Notes under the pieces: model-generated | What the model was told of the DNA's origin: nothing | Seen by the model: the letters and a program-made list of their open reading frames with translations, nothing else | Database searches by the model: none | Made by a program: the position numbers and the translations under genes | Shown here: in pieces, positions 1 through 8,616 of the stretch | How positions within the stretch are numbered: position 1 is the stretch's first letter | How the letters are laid out: the number at the start of each line of letters is the position of its first letter | Origin: an uncultured Pseudomonadales bacterium | GTDB lineage: Bacteria; Patescibacteriota; Microgenomatia; UBA1400; MFAQ01 | NCBI GenBank assembly: GCA_964491365.1 | Contig: CAZBFU010000006.1 | Span: 1 to 34,165 of the forward strand | Length of the DNA: 34,165 nt | Direction of reading: 5' to 3'

Positions 1-64
1 CAAAGGGTAAGCTGGGCTATGTCTTTTTGAGTACATATCATATGATCAATCTATACACAGGTTT

Positions 65-1741
65 ATGGTTACCCTTCGTTTAAGAACAATCATCCCCCTC
101 TTATTCCTCATCATTTTTACTTTATTTATTAGGCTATATAAACTTGACGTTGTCCCAGCCTCGCTTTTTGGAGATGAAATTGATGCCTCATATCACGCCT
201 GGTCTCTGGGGACCACCCTGCGTGATTATTCAGGGCAATTACTGCCTACCTATATACATAGTCTTTCAGAGTGGCGTGCCCCACTATTGATGTATGTTTT
301 AGCACCTTTTGTAAGTTTTTTAGGTCCGTCAGCTTGGTCTGCAAGATTACCCATGGCGATCTTGGGCACGGCCAGTGTCTTCTTGGTCTTTCTTATTTTT
401 CGAAAACTTTACCCAAAAAAATTTAGTGCTGCATTGCTTGCTGCCCTCTTTGTAAGCATCTCGCCTCTTCATTTTCACTACAGTCGAAATGCTGTAGAAC
501 AACCTCCACTTTTTTTCCTACTTACGCTTGGAATTTACCTATATTTACGCTTCAGACATAAGCTAAGTCACCTAGTATTATCTCTTATCGTATTTACTCT
601 GACTTTTTACACTTATTCTGTCGCCAATATACTTACGCCGTCAATTATTTTACTTCTCTTAATTTTCTTTCCCATCCCCAAAAAAGAGTTTCTAAATTGG
701 AAAAATTATCTGTACATGATTATTCCCTTATTGCTCATGCTCCCTATTAGTTTTCATCTCTTTTTTGGACAAGCAGCTGGGAGGTTCAAATTGATAAGTG
801 TGTTTTCTGACACCAAGTCTTCCGATCAAGTCGTCATTGATCGTATTAAACCCTGGGTAGCTGGTCAACCACTTGAGTTTGTGTACAACAATCGACCTTT
901 AGTAGTTTTAAGTAAATTTTCATCAAATTACTTGAACGCACTATCTTGGCAAAATCTATTTCTAACTGGCGATTCTAATTATCGTCAACAAGTAGATCGA
1001 TTTGGAAGTTTCCTAATTCTTACTTTACCTTTATTTTTATTCGGATTAATAAAGGTAATAACTGGTTCTAAAGAAGAAAAATTTCTTTGTTTTGTCTTGC
1101 TTGTAAGTCCAATAGCTTCAGCACTTACAGTAGATGGTTCCAATCATGCCTCAAGATTATTCTTCCTCATCTTCCCAGTCGCTTCAATTACTGCTCTTGG
1201 CGCAGACTCACTTCTAAACGTAAGTCACCTCAGATATTTAACATTCTTTTTTCTTAGTTTAGTTCTAATGAATTTTTCATCATATTTATATAGATATTTT
1301 TATCATTATCGATATGAATCTACTCATGTCTGGCAATACGGATATGAGGAGCTTTTTGCCAAAGCTAAGCCCTTCTTTGAAAATGCCAATCGTGTTTTCA
1401 TTAATAACACTCACGAACCAACACTATATCGTTTTGGATTCTATGCCGCCATACAACCAAGTGAGTTCCAGCAGTCATTTAGTAGTGATGTGCCACAAGA
1501 TCAGATTGTGCCTAATTTTAATGGTTTTGTTTTTGGAACTAAATATTATTTTGGAACAGCTGGCAATATCGACAATGTAATTAGCATGTTGCGAGAAGGT
1601 GATGTCTATTTAGCAGCTCAGGGAAAGGAAGTTCCAGGAGATTGGGATTTAGAAAAAGACCCCCCAAAAGAATTAAAAGTATTAGCGACTGTCAGAAATT
1701 ATCTAAACCAACCGTTGTTCTATGTCCTGGCTCTTCGCTAA
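65..1741 (+). CDS. ArnT/PMT-like GT-C fold integral-membrane glycosyltransferase (array paralog 1)
   Basis: 558-aa ORF with an ATG start and many hydrophobic helices. Motifs seen: loop-1 acidic motif GDEIDASYHAWSL, then SEWRAPLLMY, ARLPMAILG, HFHYSRNAVEQ, FYTYS, central loop NYLNALSWQNLFLTGD, and C-terminal soluble region WQYGYEELF...EPTLYRFGFYAAIQPSEFQ. The motif order matches the other paralogs. Confidence 0.75.
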   Translation: MVTLRLRTIIPLLFLIIFTLFIRLYKLDVVPASLFGDEIDASYHAWSLGTTLRDYSGQLLPTYIHSLSEWRAPLLMYVLAPFVSFLGPSAWSARLPMAILGTASVFLVFLIFRKLYPKKFSAALLAALFVSISPLHFHYSRNAVEQPPLFFLLTLGIYLYLRFRHKLSHLVLSLIVFTLTFYTYSVANILTPSIILLLLIFFPIPKKEFLNWKNYLYMIIPLLLMLPISFHLFFGQAAGRFKLISVFSDTKSSDQVVIDRIKPWVAGQPLEFVYNNRPLVVLSKFSSNYLNALSWQNLFLTGDSNYRQQVDRFGSFLILTLPLFLFGLIKVITGSKEEKFLCFVLLVSPIASALTVDGSNHASRLFFLIFPVASITALGADSLLNVSHLRYLTFFFLSLVLMNFSSYLYRYFYHYRYESTHVWQYGYEELFAKAKPFFENANRVFINNTHEPTLYRFGFYAAIQPSEFQQSFSSDVPQDQIVPNFNGFVFGTKYYFGTAGNIDNVISMLREGDVYLAAQGKEVPGDWDLEKDPPKELKVLATVRNYLNQPLFYVLALR

Positions 1742-3398
1742 CAAAAAATTACTGCTAATTTTTATCTTAGGTCTAGCACTTCGACTAATATCTCTAGGAT
1801 CTGTTCCAATCGGTATTTCCCAAGATGAAATCGGTCAAGGTTATACAGCCTATTCAATTTTAAAAACTGGATACGATGAGTGGGGAAGAACATTAAATTT
1901 CTCAACCTTCAAAGCCTTTGGTGACTACCGATCAACTCTCCAAACATTCTTAATGATTCCTTCTATTAGCCTTTTTGGTTTATCAGAATTTGCGATTCGA
2001 CTACCTAGTGCTATCTTTGGCTCACTCTCCGTCATCGTTATTTATTTCTTAAGTAATAAGTTATTTAGTAAATTAAATCCTGGCATCTATGCTAGTTTGA
2101 TTCTTGCTCTTTCACCCTGGGCTATTCAGTTTTCTCGATCAGCCCTTGAGGCAAATCTTTTCTTTACCTTTTTTGGTACTGCACTCCTACTGCTGATATC
2201 CCTTTCACATAAAACTAGAAACATAATCCTAAGCTTTATATTATTTGGTTTGAGTTTATATACCTACCATTCGGCAAAGTTATTTGTACACCTGTTTCTA
2301 TTTCTTTTTGTCATCTTGAATCGTAAAGATATATTCAAGTCAAACATTCGAGTTTATCTTACTAGTGCGGTGATTTTTTTATTACTGGCAACTCCTGCAT
2401 ATCTAGATAGTTTGTTTGGAGGAGGAAATAGTCGAGCTGCTAGTGTCCTGATCACTAATTTTTCCAAAGAAGAACTCTCAACTATTTCAGATCAGCAATA
2501 CTATTCAAAACTAAATAGTTTAAATCCAATCTTTTCAAGAATTCTCTCCAACAAAGTTTTGTACTCCATAGATAAATTTACTGAAAATTATTTTTCATAT
2601 CTTAGTCCATCGTTTTGGTTTACCGAAGGGGGAAGAGAAATTACTTATTCAACTTTCCCTGGAGTAGGTCTACTTAATCTCTTTACACTACCGTTAATTG
2701 TGATTGCTGGTATTTATTTATTTAAGAATCGCCACCATAAAATTCACCAATTACTAATCATTTGGTTAGTCTTAGGTATCCTACCTGCTGCCCTAACCAA
2801 AGAAGGATATCGTCCCAATCGTGTTGCCTCTTTGATGGGTTTACCTGAGTTGATCGCAGGAGTTGGCACGGCTATCCTCATAGAGTCTAAGTATTTCAAA
2901 AATAAACTGATTTTAATCTCAAGTCTGATATTTGTTTTACTTACCCTTTCTTCGTACTTTAATACATACTTTTTTACTTCTCCTATTCGATATCCTTCTG
3001 CCATGGCTTATGGATATAAATCGTTAGTGAACAAAGTAAATACTCATTCAAAAACATTCAGTAAGGTCATCATAGAAAAAGGAGACAACAATCATATTTT
3101 CTTTGCTTTTTACAGTAAGCTCGAACCGAAAATATACCAAGAAAATTCTCTTAATTGGGAGCAAAACATGAATCAATATCGACTTGGGTTTATTGATCAG
3201 CAAAGTCCATACCAGCTTGGTTCATATACTTACAAGAATATCGACTATCAAACTGATATGATGCCTGGTACTCTCTTGGTAATCAGGGGTCAAAATCTTC
3301 GTGATCAAGATCGTCCCCTTATTATTGATCAGGTTAACTATTATGATGGTAAACCTGCCTTCGTCCTCTTAGGCGTACCAAATAGCGCCAAATTATGA
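1722..3398 (+). CDS. ArnT/PMT-like GT-C fold membrane glycosyltransferase (array paralog 2)
   Basis: 558 aa with an ATG start that overlaps the upstream gene by 20 nt. Motifs seen: SQDEIGQGYTAYSILKTGYDEWG, GDYRSTLQTF, AIRLPSAIFG, PWAIQFSRSALEANL, LYTYHSAK, NYFSYLSPSFWFTEGG, and C-terminal MAYGYKS...NHIFFAFYSKLEPKIYQ. Confidence 0.8.
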   Translation: MSWLFANKKLLLIFILGLALRLISLGSVPIGISQDEIGQGYTAYSILKTGYDEWGRTLNFSTFKAFGDYRSTLQTFLMIPSISLFGLSEFAIRLPSAIFGSLSVIVIYFLSNKLFSKLNPGIYASLILALSPWAIQFSRSALEANLFFTFFGTALLLLISLSHKTRNIILSFILFGLSLYTYHSAKLFVHLFLFLFVILNRKDIFKSNIRVYLTSAVIFLLLATPAYLDSLFGGGNSRAASVLITNFSKEELSTISDQQYYSKLNSLNPIFSRILSNKVLYSIDKFTENYFSYLSPSFWFTEGGREITYSTFPGVGLLNLFTLPLIVIAGIYLFKNRHHKIHQLLIIWLVLGILPAALTKEGYRPNRVASLMGLPELIAGVGTAILIESKYFKNKLILISSLIFVLLTLSSYFNTYFFTSPIRYPSAMAYGYKSLVNKVNTHSKTFSKVIIEKGDNNHIFFAFYSKLEPKIYQENSLNWEQNMNQYRLGFIDQQSPYQLGSYTYKNIDYQTDMMPGTLLVIRGQNLRDQDRPLIIDQVNYYDGKPAFVLLGVPNSAKL

Positions 3399-5041
3399 AA
3401 AATCTATTAATATTATTTGTTATCCTAGTTCTTGGCGCCTCTGTAAGATTTTGGGATCTAGCTAAGTTTCCAATCTCATTAAATTGGGATGAAGTTTCAC
3501 TTGGGTATAACGGCTATTCAATTCTACTCACAGGTAAAGATGAATGGGGGACTAAGCTCCCCTTAATTTTTAAAGCTTTCGGGGATTTTAAACTTCCTGT
3601 ATATGTCTACTCCACCGTAGGATCTATTAGCTTGTTTGGATTAACTCCTTTTGCAGTTAGATTTCCTTCAGTAATTGCCGGTATTGTAGCCATTTTAGGT
3701 ATCTTCCTCCTTGCCCGCGAACTTTCTTTCTTTAAATCTGATCGTATAAGTCCCCTAGTCGCAGCTTTCATACTTGCTTTTATGCCATGGCACTTTTTCA
3801 TCTCTAGACCTGCTTTAGAAGCAAATCTTTCTTTGAGCCTTACTATCTTTGGCTTATATTTTTTGGTTCGCTCTCTTCAACGAAGTTTTAATGCCATAAC
3901 TAGTGCTTTATTCTTCGGACTAGCCCTTCATACTTACAATACCTCTAGAGTTTATATCCCACTCTTACTTCTAACTTTTGTCGTAATCTACTTCAAAAAA
4001 ATAAAGATAGATAAGTTTATTGTTGGTTCTGTAATTACATTATTTATTTTTATTGCTCCAATACTAATGCAAGTTATAACTGGTTCGGGGTTAGCACGAT
4101 ATTCTAAATTAGCAATTCTTAATGAATCTACAATTTATCAAATCGGGGAAGCAAGAAGAAATTCAAGTCTTCCTCCACTCATAGCTAAGTTTGTTCACAA
4201 TAAACCTATCTTTTTTGTAAATGAAACTCTAAAGAATTACATCTCCTATTTTTCTTTGGATTTCTTTAATCAGTCGAGAGGGTCTCAGTCTCAATTTGCC
4301 ATTCCCAACCATTCACTCTTGGGACTGCCAATCCTCATGCTCTTTATTATTGGCATCTTCAAAATGTTCCGCTTGTTGTCACTTCCTGATGGACGTTTTG
4401 TCGTTGCAATCCTTTTGCTCGCACCCATAGCAGCCTCATTAACATATGATCCACCTCAAGCCCTTAGGCCTACCCCTATGATTATTGGTATTACTTTAAT
4501 CGCCAGTGTTGGCTTTAAGTTGCTTTATTCTCTCTTGGGCAAGTTTAGAGTCGTACTAATTGGTCTAGTCATTTTCACAGTCTTCGTAAATTTTTATAAG
4601 TTTACCAATGACTATCGCACAAACTACACGACTGAATACGCTTCTTCATGGCAATATGGCTATGAGCAAGTCTTATCTCTCATGCATCGACATCAAGCTG
4701 ACAAGTATTTTGTCACCAAAAAACTAGGGGAACCTCATATTTTCTATGCGTTTTACGAACGAATTAATCCTTCCATACTCCAAGACGAAACAAGATCAGT
4801 AAGATTCGAGAAAAGTGCTTGGTATTGGACAGACAAGATTGATAACTTCTACTTTATCAATGATTGGCAGATACCCAATGGTAGTCATGTGACCAATTTG
4901 CCACTCGAAAGCGGTCAGCAAATTCCTTGTGCTGGATCTATTTTAATAACAACACCCCAAAAAGTGCCTCTAAACTTCCAACTCCTCGAAACAGTATACG
5001 ATCTAAAGGGTAATCCATATTTATTAATCGGCAGATTATAA
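3395..5041 (+). CDS. ArnT/PMT-like GT-C fold membrane glycosyltransferase (array paralog 3)
   Basis: 548 aa with an ATGA start/stop overlap with the upstream gene. Motifs seen: NWDEVSLGYNGYSILLTGKDEWG, GDFKLPVYVY, AVRFPSVIAG, PWHFFISRPALEANL, LHTYNTSR, NYISYFSLDFFNQS, and C-terminal SWQYGYEQV...EPHIFYAFYERINPSILQ. Confidence 0.8.
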   Translation: MKNLLILFVILVLGASVRFWDLAKFPISLNWDEVSLGYNGYSILLTGKDEWGTKLPLIFKAFGDFKLPVYVYSTVGSISLFGLTPFAVRFPSVIAGIVAILGIFLLARELSFFKSDRISPLVAAFILAFMPWHFFISRPALEANLSLSLTIFGLYFLVRSLQRSFNAITSALFFGLALHTYNTSRVYIPLLLLTFVVIYFKKIKIDKFIVGSVITLFIFIAPILMQVITGSGLARYSKLAILNESTIYQIGEARRNSSLPPLIAKFVHNKPIFFVNETLKNYISYFSLDFFNQSRGSQSQFAIPNHSLLGLPILMLFIIGIFKMFRLLSLPDGRFVVAILLLAPIAASLTYDPPQALRPTPMIIGITLIASVGFKLLYSLLGKFRVVLIGLVIFTVFVNFYKFTNDYRTNYTTEYASSWQYGYEQVLSLMHRHQADKYFVTKKLGEPHIFYAFYERINPSILQDETRSVRFEKSAWYWTDKIDNFYFINDWQIPNGSHVTNLPLESGQQIPCAGSILITTPQKVPLNFQLLETVYDLKGNPYLLIGRL

Positions 5042-5042
5042 T
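5037..5042 (+). promoter_or_regulatory. Candidate -10 box (TATAAT) 6 nt upstream of the ATG at 5049
   Basis: Perfect TATAAT that contains the TAA stop (5039-5041) of the upstream gene. It is followed by tcacac and then the ATG. No Shine-Dalgarno-like motif is present. Confidence 0.3.
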
Positions 5043-5048
5043 TCACAC

Positions 5049-5744
5049 ATGCTTACGTCTCTCTCTATTTTTTTGCCAGCATACAACGAAGCGGACAATT
5101 TACCTGATCTTCTTAAGCAAATTCATGCATTCGCTTCTAAATCGCTGAAAAAATATGAAGTAATCATTATCGATGATGGTAGTACTGATAATACTCAAAA
5201 AATTGCCAGTAATTTAGTTAATCGTTACCCAAACACCAGAATCTTCACCCATCAACGAAATCTAGGTTATGGAGCAGCAATCAAAAATGGCTTAATTGAA
5301 TCAAAGTATCCCTGGGTATTTTTTATGGATTCAGATGGTCAATTTGATATCAAAGAACTAAAAGACTTTTTGGAATTTGATAAATTTGATTTGGTCGTGG
5401 GTTACAGAATTAAAAGAGACGATCCCCCAAGAAGAATCTTCGCTTCAAAAGTTTACGGACAAATAGTTAAGTTTCTATTTGGATTCAAGGTTAAAGATAT
5501 TGATTGTGCTTTCAAGCTTATGAATCGCCAGAAAGTTCTCGATCTAAATTTATATTCAGATAGTTTCTTTATTTCAACTGAACTTTTAGTCAAATCAAGT
5601 AGACAAAATTTAAAAGTCAAAGAAATTGGAGTTCATCATTATAAGAGAGCAAAAGGGGCATCTACGGTCACCACGAAAAGGGTCTTGGATTCATTGTTGG
5701 AACTTGCCAAGCTATTTCTCAATCTTCATAACCATAGGCGCTAA
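5049..5744 (+). CDS. GT2 polyprenyl-phosphate sugar synthase (Dpm1/GtrB/ArnC-like)
   Basis: 231 aa. Motifs seen: LSIFLPAYNEADNL, IIIDDGSTDNT, GYGAAIKNG, DSDGQFD (DxD) and KDIDCAFKLMNR, which matches the D-x-x-C/G-F-K-L motif typical of polyprenol-phosphate glycosyltransferases. It is the last gene of a co-directional block with three GT-C genes. Confidence 0.75.
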   Translation: MLTSLSIFLPAYNEADNLPDLLKQIHAFASKSLKKYEVIIIDDGSTDNTQKIASNLVNRYPNTRIFTHQRNLGYGAAIKNGLIESKYPWVFFMDSDGQFDIKELKDFLEFDKFDLVVGYRIKRDDPPRRIFASKVYGQIVKFLFGFKVKDIDCAFKLMNRQKVLDLNLYSDSFFISTELLVKSSRQNLKVKEIGVHHYKRAKGASTVTTKRVLDSLLELAKLFLNLHNHRR

Positions 5745-7239
5745 ACAAAGTTTCAAAATTCACGCCTTTTACTTCGTGTAACAAAGACATACCAGCACTA
5801 ACTGGTTCATGCGGAGGCATCTCATCGCTTCTACCTATCACAATGACGTCCTTGTCATAAAAATATCTTTGTTTATCAAATGGTCCAAAAGTGTAGTTAC
5901 CCATTTCGATTACTCTGTCGAATTTGGGATCTTTGTAGCCATTAAGAGCTGTTAATTGTGGTTTTCTAGAGTACATCATTTCTGGACTCGATCGTAAAGC
6001 GAATAAGATGTTTGGGTACAAGTCTCCACTTCGATCAAACCAGGCAATTCTTTTTCCACCCTGTTTACTCACCCAATCAACCATCTCCGACACGCCATAA
6101 TTCCACTCTCTTTGTTGGTTCTTTTGTAGCATTATTAATGCGTCATTCAGAGTAAATGCGGCTAGCAAAAGCACAATAACTAAGCCCCACTTATTTAATT
6201 TTGCCAGTCCCAAGCCGACTAAAATCACCATCGGAATAGCCAGTGGAAGGGCTCTTAGACTAGCAAAAGGATCGGCTGATAATGTTGCAGGAATTGGACT
6301 CAACAGTATCCAAAAAAGCAGCCAATACTTAAATTCCATATTTTTTAGTTTGCCAAATTGATAAATCCCTATCAACCAGAAGGGGAGTAGGAACCAATAA
6401 AAGGTAGCCAATCCCTCAAAATGTCTATGTCGAACCGGGTCTGGACTAAAAAATAAATTTTTAGGTGAGAAGTATGCAATGTAGTTTGCTGATACTTTTT
6501 CCGTAAATGTCCTACCTGTGGTTGCCTGATCAAATTTCCACAAAGATTTAATCCGATTGTTGCCAGATGCATCAGCAAGTGAAAAATACATGGGGCTACT
6601 CAACACCCCAAAAAGTACCAAGGCTATTAATAATTGCGTAATTTGTTTACGTTTATAAGTGAATAAATAACCCAACACTACCAAAGGTGTTAAGAACTTG
6701 TAAGTAATATAGCTATAGTTAGCCAAAACCAATGCGATAATTCCTCCTAGCAAAAAGCTGAGGTTTACTTTTCCCTTCAAGAGTAAGAGTATGCCCCAGA
6801 CAAAAAACATTAAACCTAAATTTGACTCAAATGCACCTCTACTAAAAAAAACTAGCCAAGGTGACCATAACGCGACCATGGCTGTTATCCACGCAATTTT
6901 TTTATTTTTTAGAAACTCGTTCACTAATAAATAGACACCAATCACGGTAAGTATGCCTGCCAATGCGCTCACTAATCGAAGCTGCCAAACTCCAACCCCC
7001 AAAATTTTAAAGGTCACTGCTAACAAATAGCCCATTGCAGGCAATTTAAAGTCAGCAAAAGCTCTAAATGTTAATGGCCAGGCAACCCCCCATTCATCTT
7101 TGCCATCTGCCGCCATACTCACTGCGTTGATGCCAAATGATGCTTCATCCATCGCTAATCCTGGTGGATTATTTACTAAATTTGAAAACCTAAAGAAAAT
7201 TCCGAATATAATTGCCAAGGCTAATATTATTTTGCCCAT
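5719..7239 (-). CDS. ArnT/PMT-like GT-C fold membrane glycosyltransferase (array paralog 4)
   Basis: The ORF track starts at a TTG at 7299. I prefer the ATG at 7239 (MGKIILALAIIF...). Motifs seen: AMDEASFGINAVSMAADGKDEWG, ADFKLPAMGY, PWLVFFSRGAFESNL, NYIAYFSPKNLFFSPD, and C-terminal EWNYGVSEMV...YPNILFALRSSPEMMY. The 3' end overlaps the convergent GT2 gene by 26 nt. Confidence 0.78.
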   Translation of the reverse strand: MGKIILALAIIFGIFFRFSNLVNNPPGLAMDEASFGINAVSMAADGKDEWGVAWPLTFRAFADFKLPAMGYLLAVTFKILGVGVWQLRLVSALAGILTVIGVYLLVNEFLKNKKIAWITAMVALWSPWLVFFSRGAFESNLGLMFFVWGILLLLKGKVNLSFLLGGIIALVLANYSYITYKFLTPLVVLGYLFTYKRKQITQLLIALVLFGVLSSPMYFSLADASGNNRIKSLWKFDQATTGRTFTEKVSANYIAYFSPKNLFFSPDPVRHRHFEGLATFYWFLLPFWLIGIYQFGKLKNMEFKYWLLFWILLSPIPATLSADPFASLRALPLAIPMVILVGLGLAKLNKWGLVIVLLLAAFTLNDALIMLQKNQQREWNYGVSEMVDWVSKQGGKRIAWFDRSGDLYPNILFALRSSPEMMYSRKPQLTALNGYKDPKFDRVIEMGNYTFGPFDKQRYFYDKDVIVIGRSDEMPPHEPVSAGMSLLHEVKGVNFETLFSAYGYED

Positions 7240-7697
7240 ACAGATTTTAGAAATGGATAAAGCATGCTTGCATAGATCCAGATAACCAAACTCCACCAAA
7301 ATTGATCAATACCAAATAAAGACACAACCACCAAAGTAGTCAGGAAGCCTACTGCAATTCTAGAATCATTATTTTTTAATTGTTTATATAGGCCATAGAT
7401 AAAAAGTATTATGAGGGGGTAAAAGATTCGTACTTTGTTGCTTGCCCCAGAAATTTCTCGAGGATGATTGCCATAAAAGTAATAGTTTGGGTCTAAACCA
7501 GTAAAAAACTGTTCCAAATACAAATTCATATACATCGTGGGCTTGTTCTGATTCAATTTCCCCAAAGCCGCATTTTCGTAGTACCCACGTCGCTGATTCA
7601 AAAAATACCAGTCCAAATTGTCTGTTTTAAAACTATTTTTACCCAAGGCAATACCCAACCAAATTAAACAGCCTAACCACAATCCTAGATATTTCAT
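7227..7697 (-). CDS. Small 4-helix membrane protein resembling only the central module of the GT-C paralogs
   Basis: 156 aa with an ATG start. There is an N-terminal hydrophobic helix and a loop of roughly 60 aa containing LYLEQFFTGLDPNYYFYGNHPRE, comparable to NYxxYFSPxFxFxxGD in the paralogs. Three further helices follow. It has no DE loop-1 motif and no C-terminal domain. It overlaps the downstream paralog start by 13 nt. Confidence 0.55.
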   Translation of the reverse strand: MKYLGLWLGCLIWLGIALGKNSFKTDNLDWYFLNQRRGYYENAALGKLNQNKPTMYMNLYLEQFFTGLDPNYYFYGNHPREISGASNKVRIFYPLIILFIYGLYKQLKNNDSRIAVGFLTTLVVVSLFGIDQFWWSLVIWIYASMLYPFLKSVWAK

Positions 7698-7708
7698 CCT
7701 TAGATAAG

Positions 7709-7716
7709 ATTATAAT
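7709..7716. promoter_or_regulatory. Palindromic ATTATAAT giving a TATAAT -10 hexamer on both strands of a 28-nt divergent spacer
   Basis: The + strand TATAAT is at 7711-7716, 9 nt before the ATG at 7726. The - strand TATAAT is at 7709-7714, 11 nt before the ATG at 7697. There is no Shine-Dalgarno motif on either side. Confidence 0.4.
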
Positions 7717-7725
7717 TCAAACCAG

Positions 7726-8616
7726 ATGACTACTCCAAAGAAATCTCAAACCTTATCTATCGTATTGGCTACAAAGAATGAAGAAAAGAATTTAGCAAGC
7801 TGTTTAGACTCTGTTGTCGATATTGCTGATCAAATTGTCATTGTGGACGAGGAGTCTACAGATAAAACGGTAGAAATTGCGAAAAAATATAAAGCGCTGG
7901 TAAAAATTACCAAGCATGAGCCTATTTTTCATCTCACTAAACAGAAAGCAATTGACTTGGCTACATCTGACTGGATCCTACAGCTAGACGCAGATGAGCG
8001 TCTTACCCCCTCTCTACACAAAGAGATAAAATTATTACTCTCAGATCAGTACTATGGTTTTGATCGCTGGCTTTCTCCAGCTAAATCCACCTTAAGTCGA
8101 TACTTACCGTCAATTTTTACCCCCGCTAAAGCTCTGCTACAACAAGCTGATGCATATTACTTACCTCGTAAGAATTTCTTTCTAACAAAGTTTTTATCTC
8201 AAACTGGTCAGTATCCAGATCCAGTTATTCGCCTTTTTAGACGAGGTAAGGCACACCTTCCCGCTCAAGATGTACACGAACAAATGGTCGTTGAGGGTGT
8301 AATCGGTTGGATGACAGCTGATTTAGAACACAACGCCTCGCCAGATTTTCATCGGTACTTAGATCGAGAGAACAGGTATTCTAGTTTGCATGCAGTGCAG
8401 TTATCACAAGCAGGCGTCAGGGTAAATGTCCCTAACACAATTAAGTACCTTTTTGTCTTACCACTACTTACATTTATCAAATTATTTATACGTTACAGAG
8501 GCTTTATGGATGGCTTTCCTGGGTTTGTCTTCTCACTTTATTCAGGTTTCCATCACGCTTTCTCTTATATGAAACTTTGGGAACTAAAACGGTCTAAATC
8601 CGATACCACCAATTGA
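7726..8616 (+). CDS. GT2 family glycosyltransferase (beta-4-glucosyltransferase/WaaE-like type)
   Basis: 296 aa. Motifs seen: LSIVLATKNEEKNLASCLDSV, IVIVDEESTDKT, LQLDADERL (DxD), and a C-terminal amphipathic tail RYRGFMDGFPGFVFSLYSGFHHAFSYMKLWE typical of this GT2 subgroup. Confidence 0.7.
   Translation: MTTPKKSQTLSIVLATKNEEKNLASCLDSVVDIADQIVIVDEESTDKTVEIAKKYKALVKITKHEPIFHLTKQKAIDLATSDWILQLDADERLTPSLHKEIKLLLSDQYYGFDRWLSPAKSTLSRYLPSIFTPAKALLQQADAYYLPRKNFFLTKFLSQTGQYPDPVIRLFRRGKAHLPAQDVHEQMVVEGVIGWMTADLEHNASPDFHRYLDRENRYSSLHAVQLSQAGVRVNVPNTIKYLFVLPLLTFIKLFIRYRGFMDGFPGFVFSLYSGFHHAFSYMKLWELKRSKSDTTN

Noticed and set aside
1-64. Possible end of an upstream gene (in-frame TAA at 8-10) and promoter-like TATGAT (41-46) / TATACA (52-57) upstream of the first gene.
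   Set aside because: There is too little sequence to support a CDS call. The hexamers are imperfect and their spacing to the ATG at 65 is ambiguous.
7240-7299. N-terminal extensions in the ORF track that begin at TTG or GTG: 7240-7299c, 9926-9973c, 11879-11893c, 18812-18886, 21240-21290, 23429-23602.
   Set aside because: I checked the codons, and these extensions start at TTG or GTG and run through the neighbouring gene or spacer. In every case an in-frame ATG follows that gives a typical N-terminus (a hydrophobic helix or a GT2 beta-strand start) and a tidy junction. I therefore used the ATG starts.
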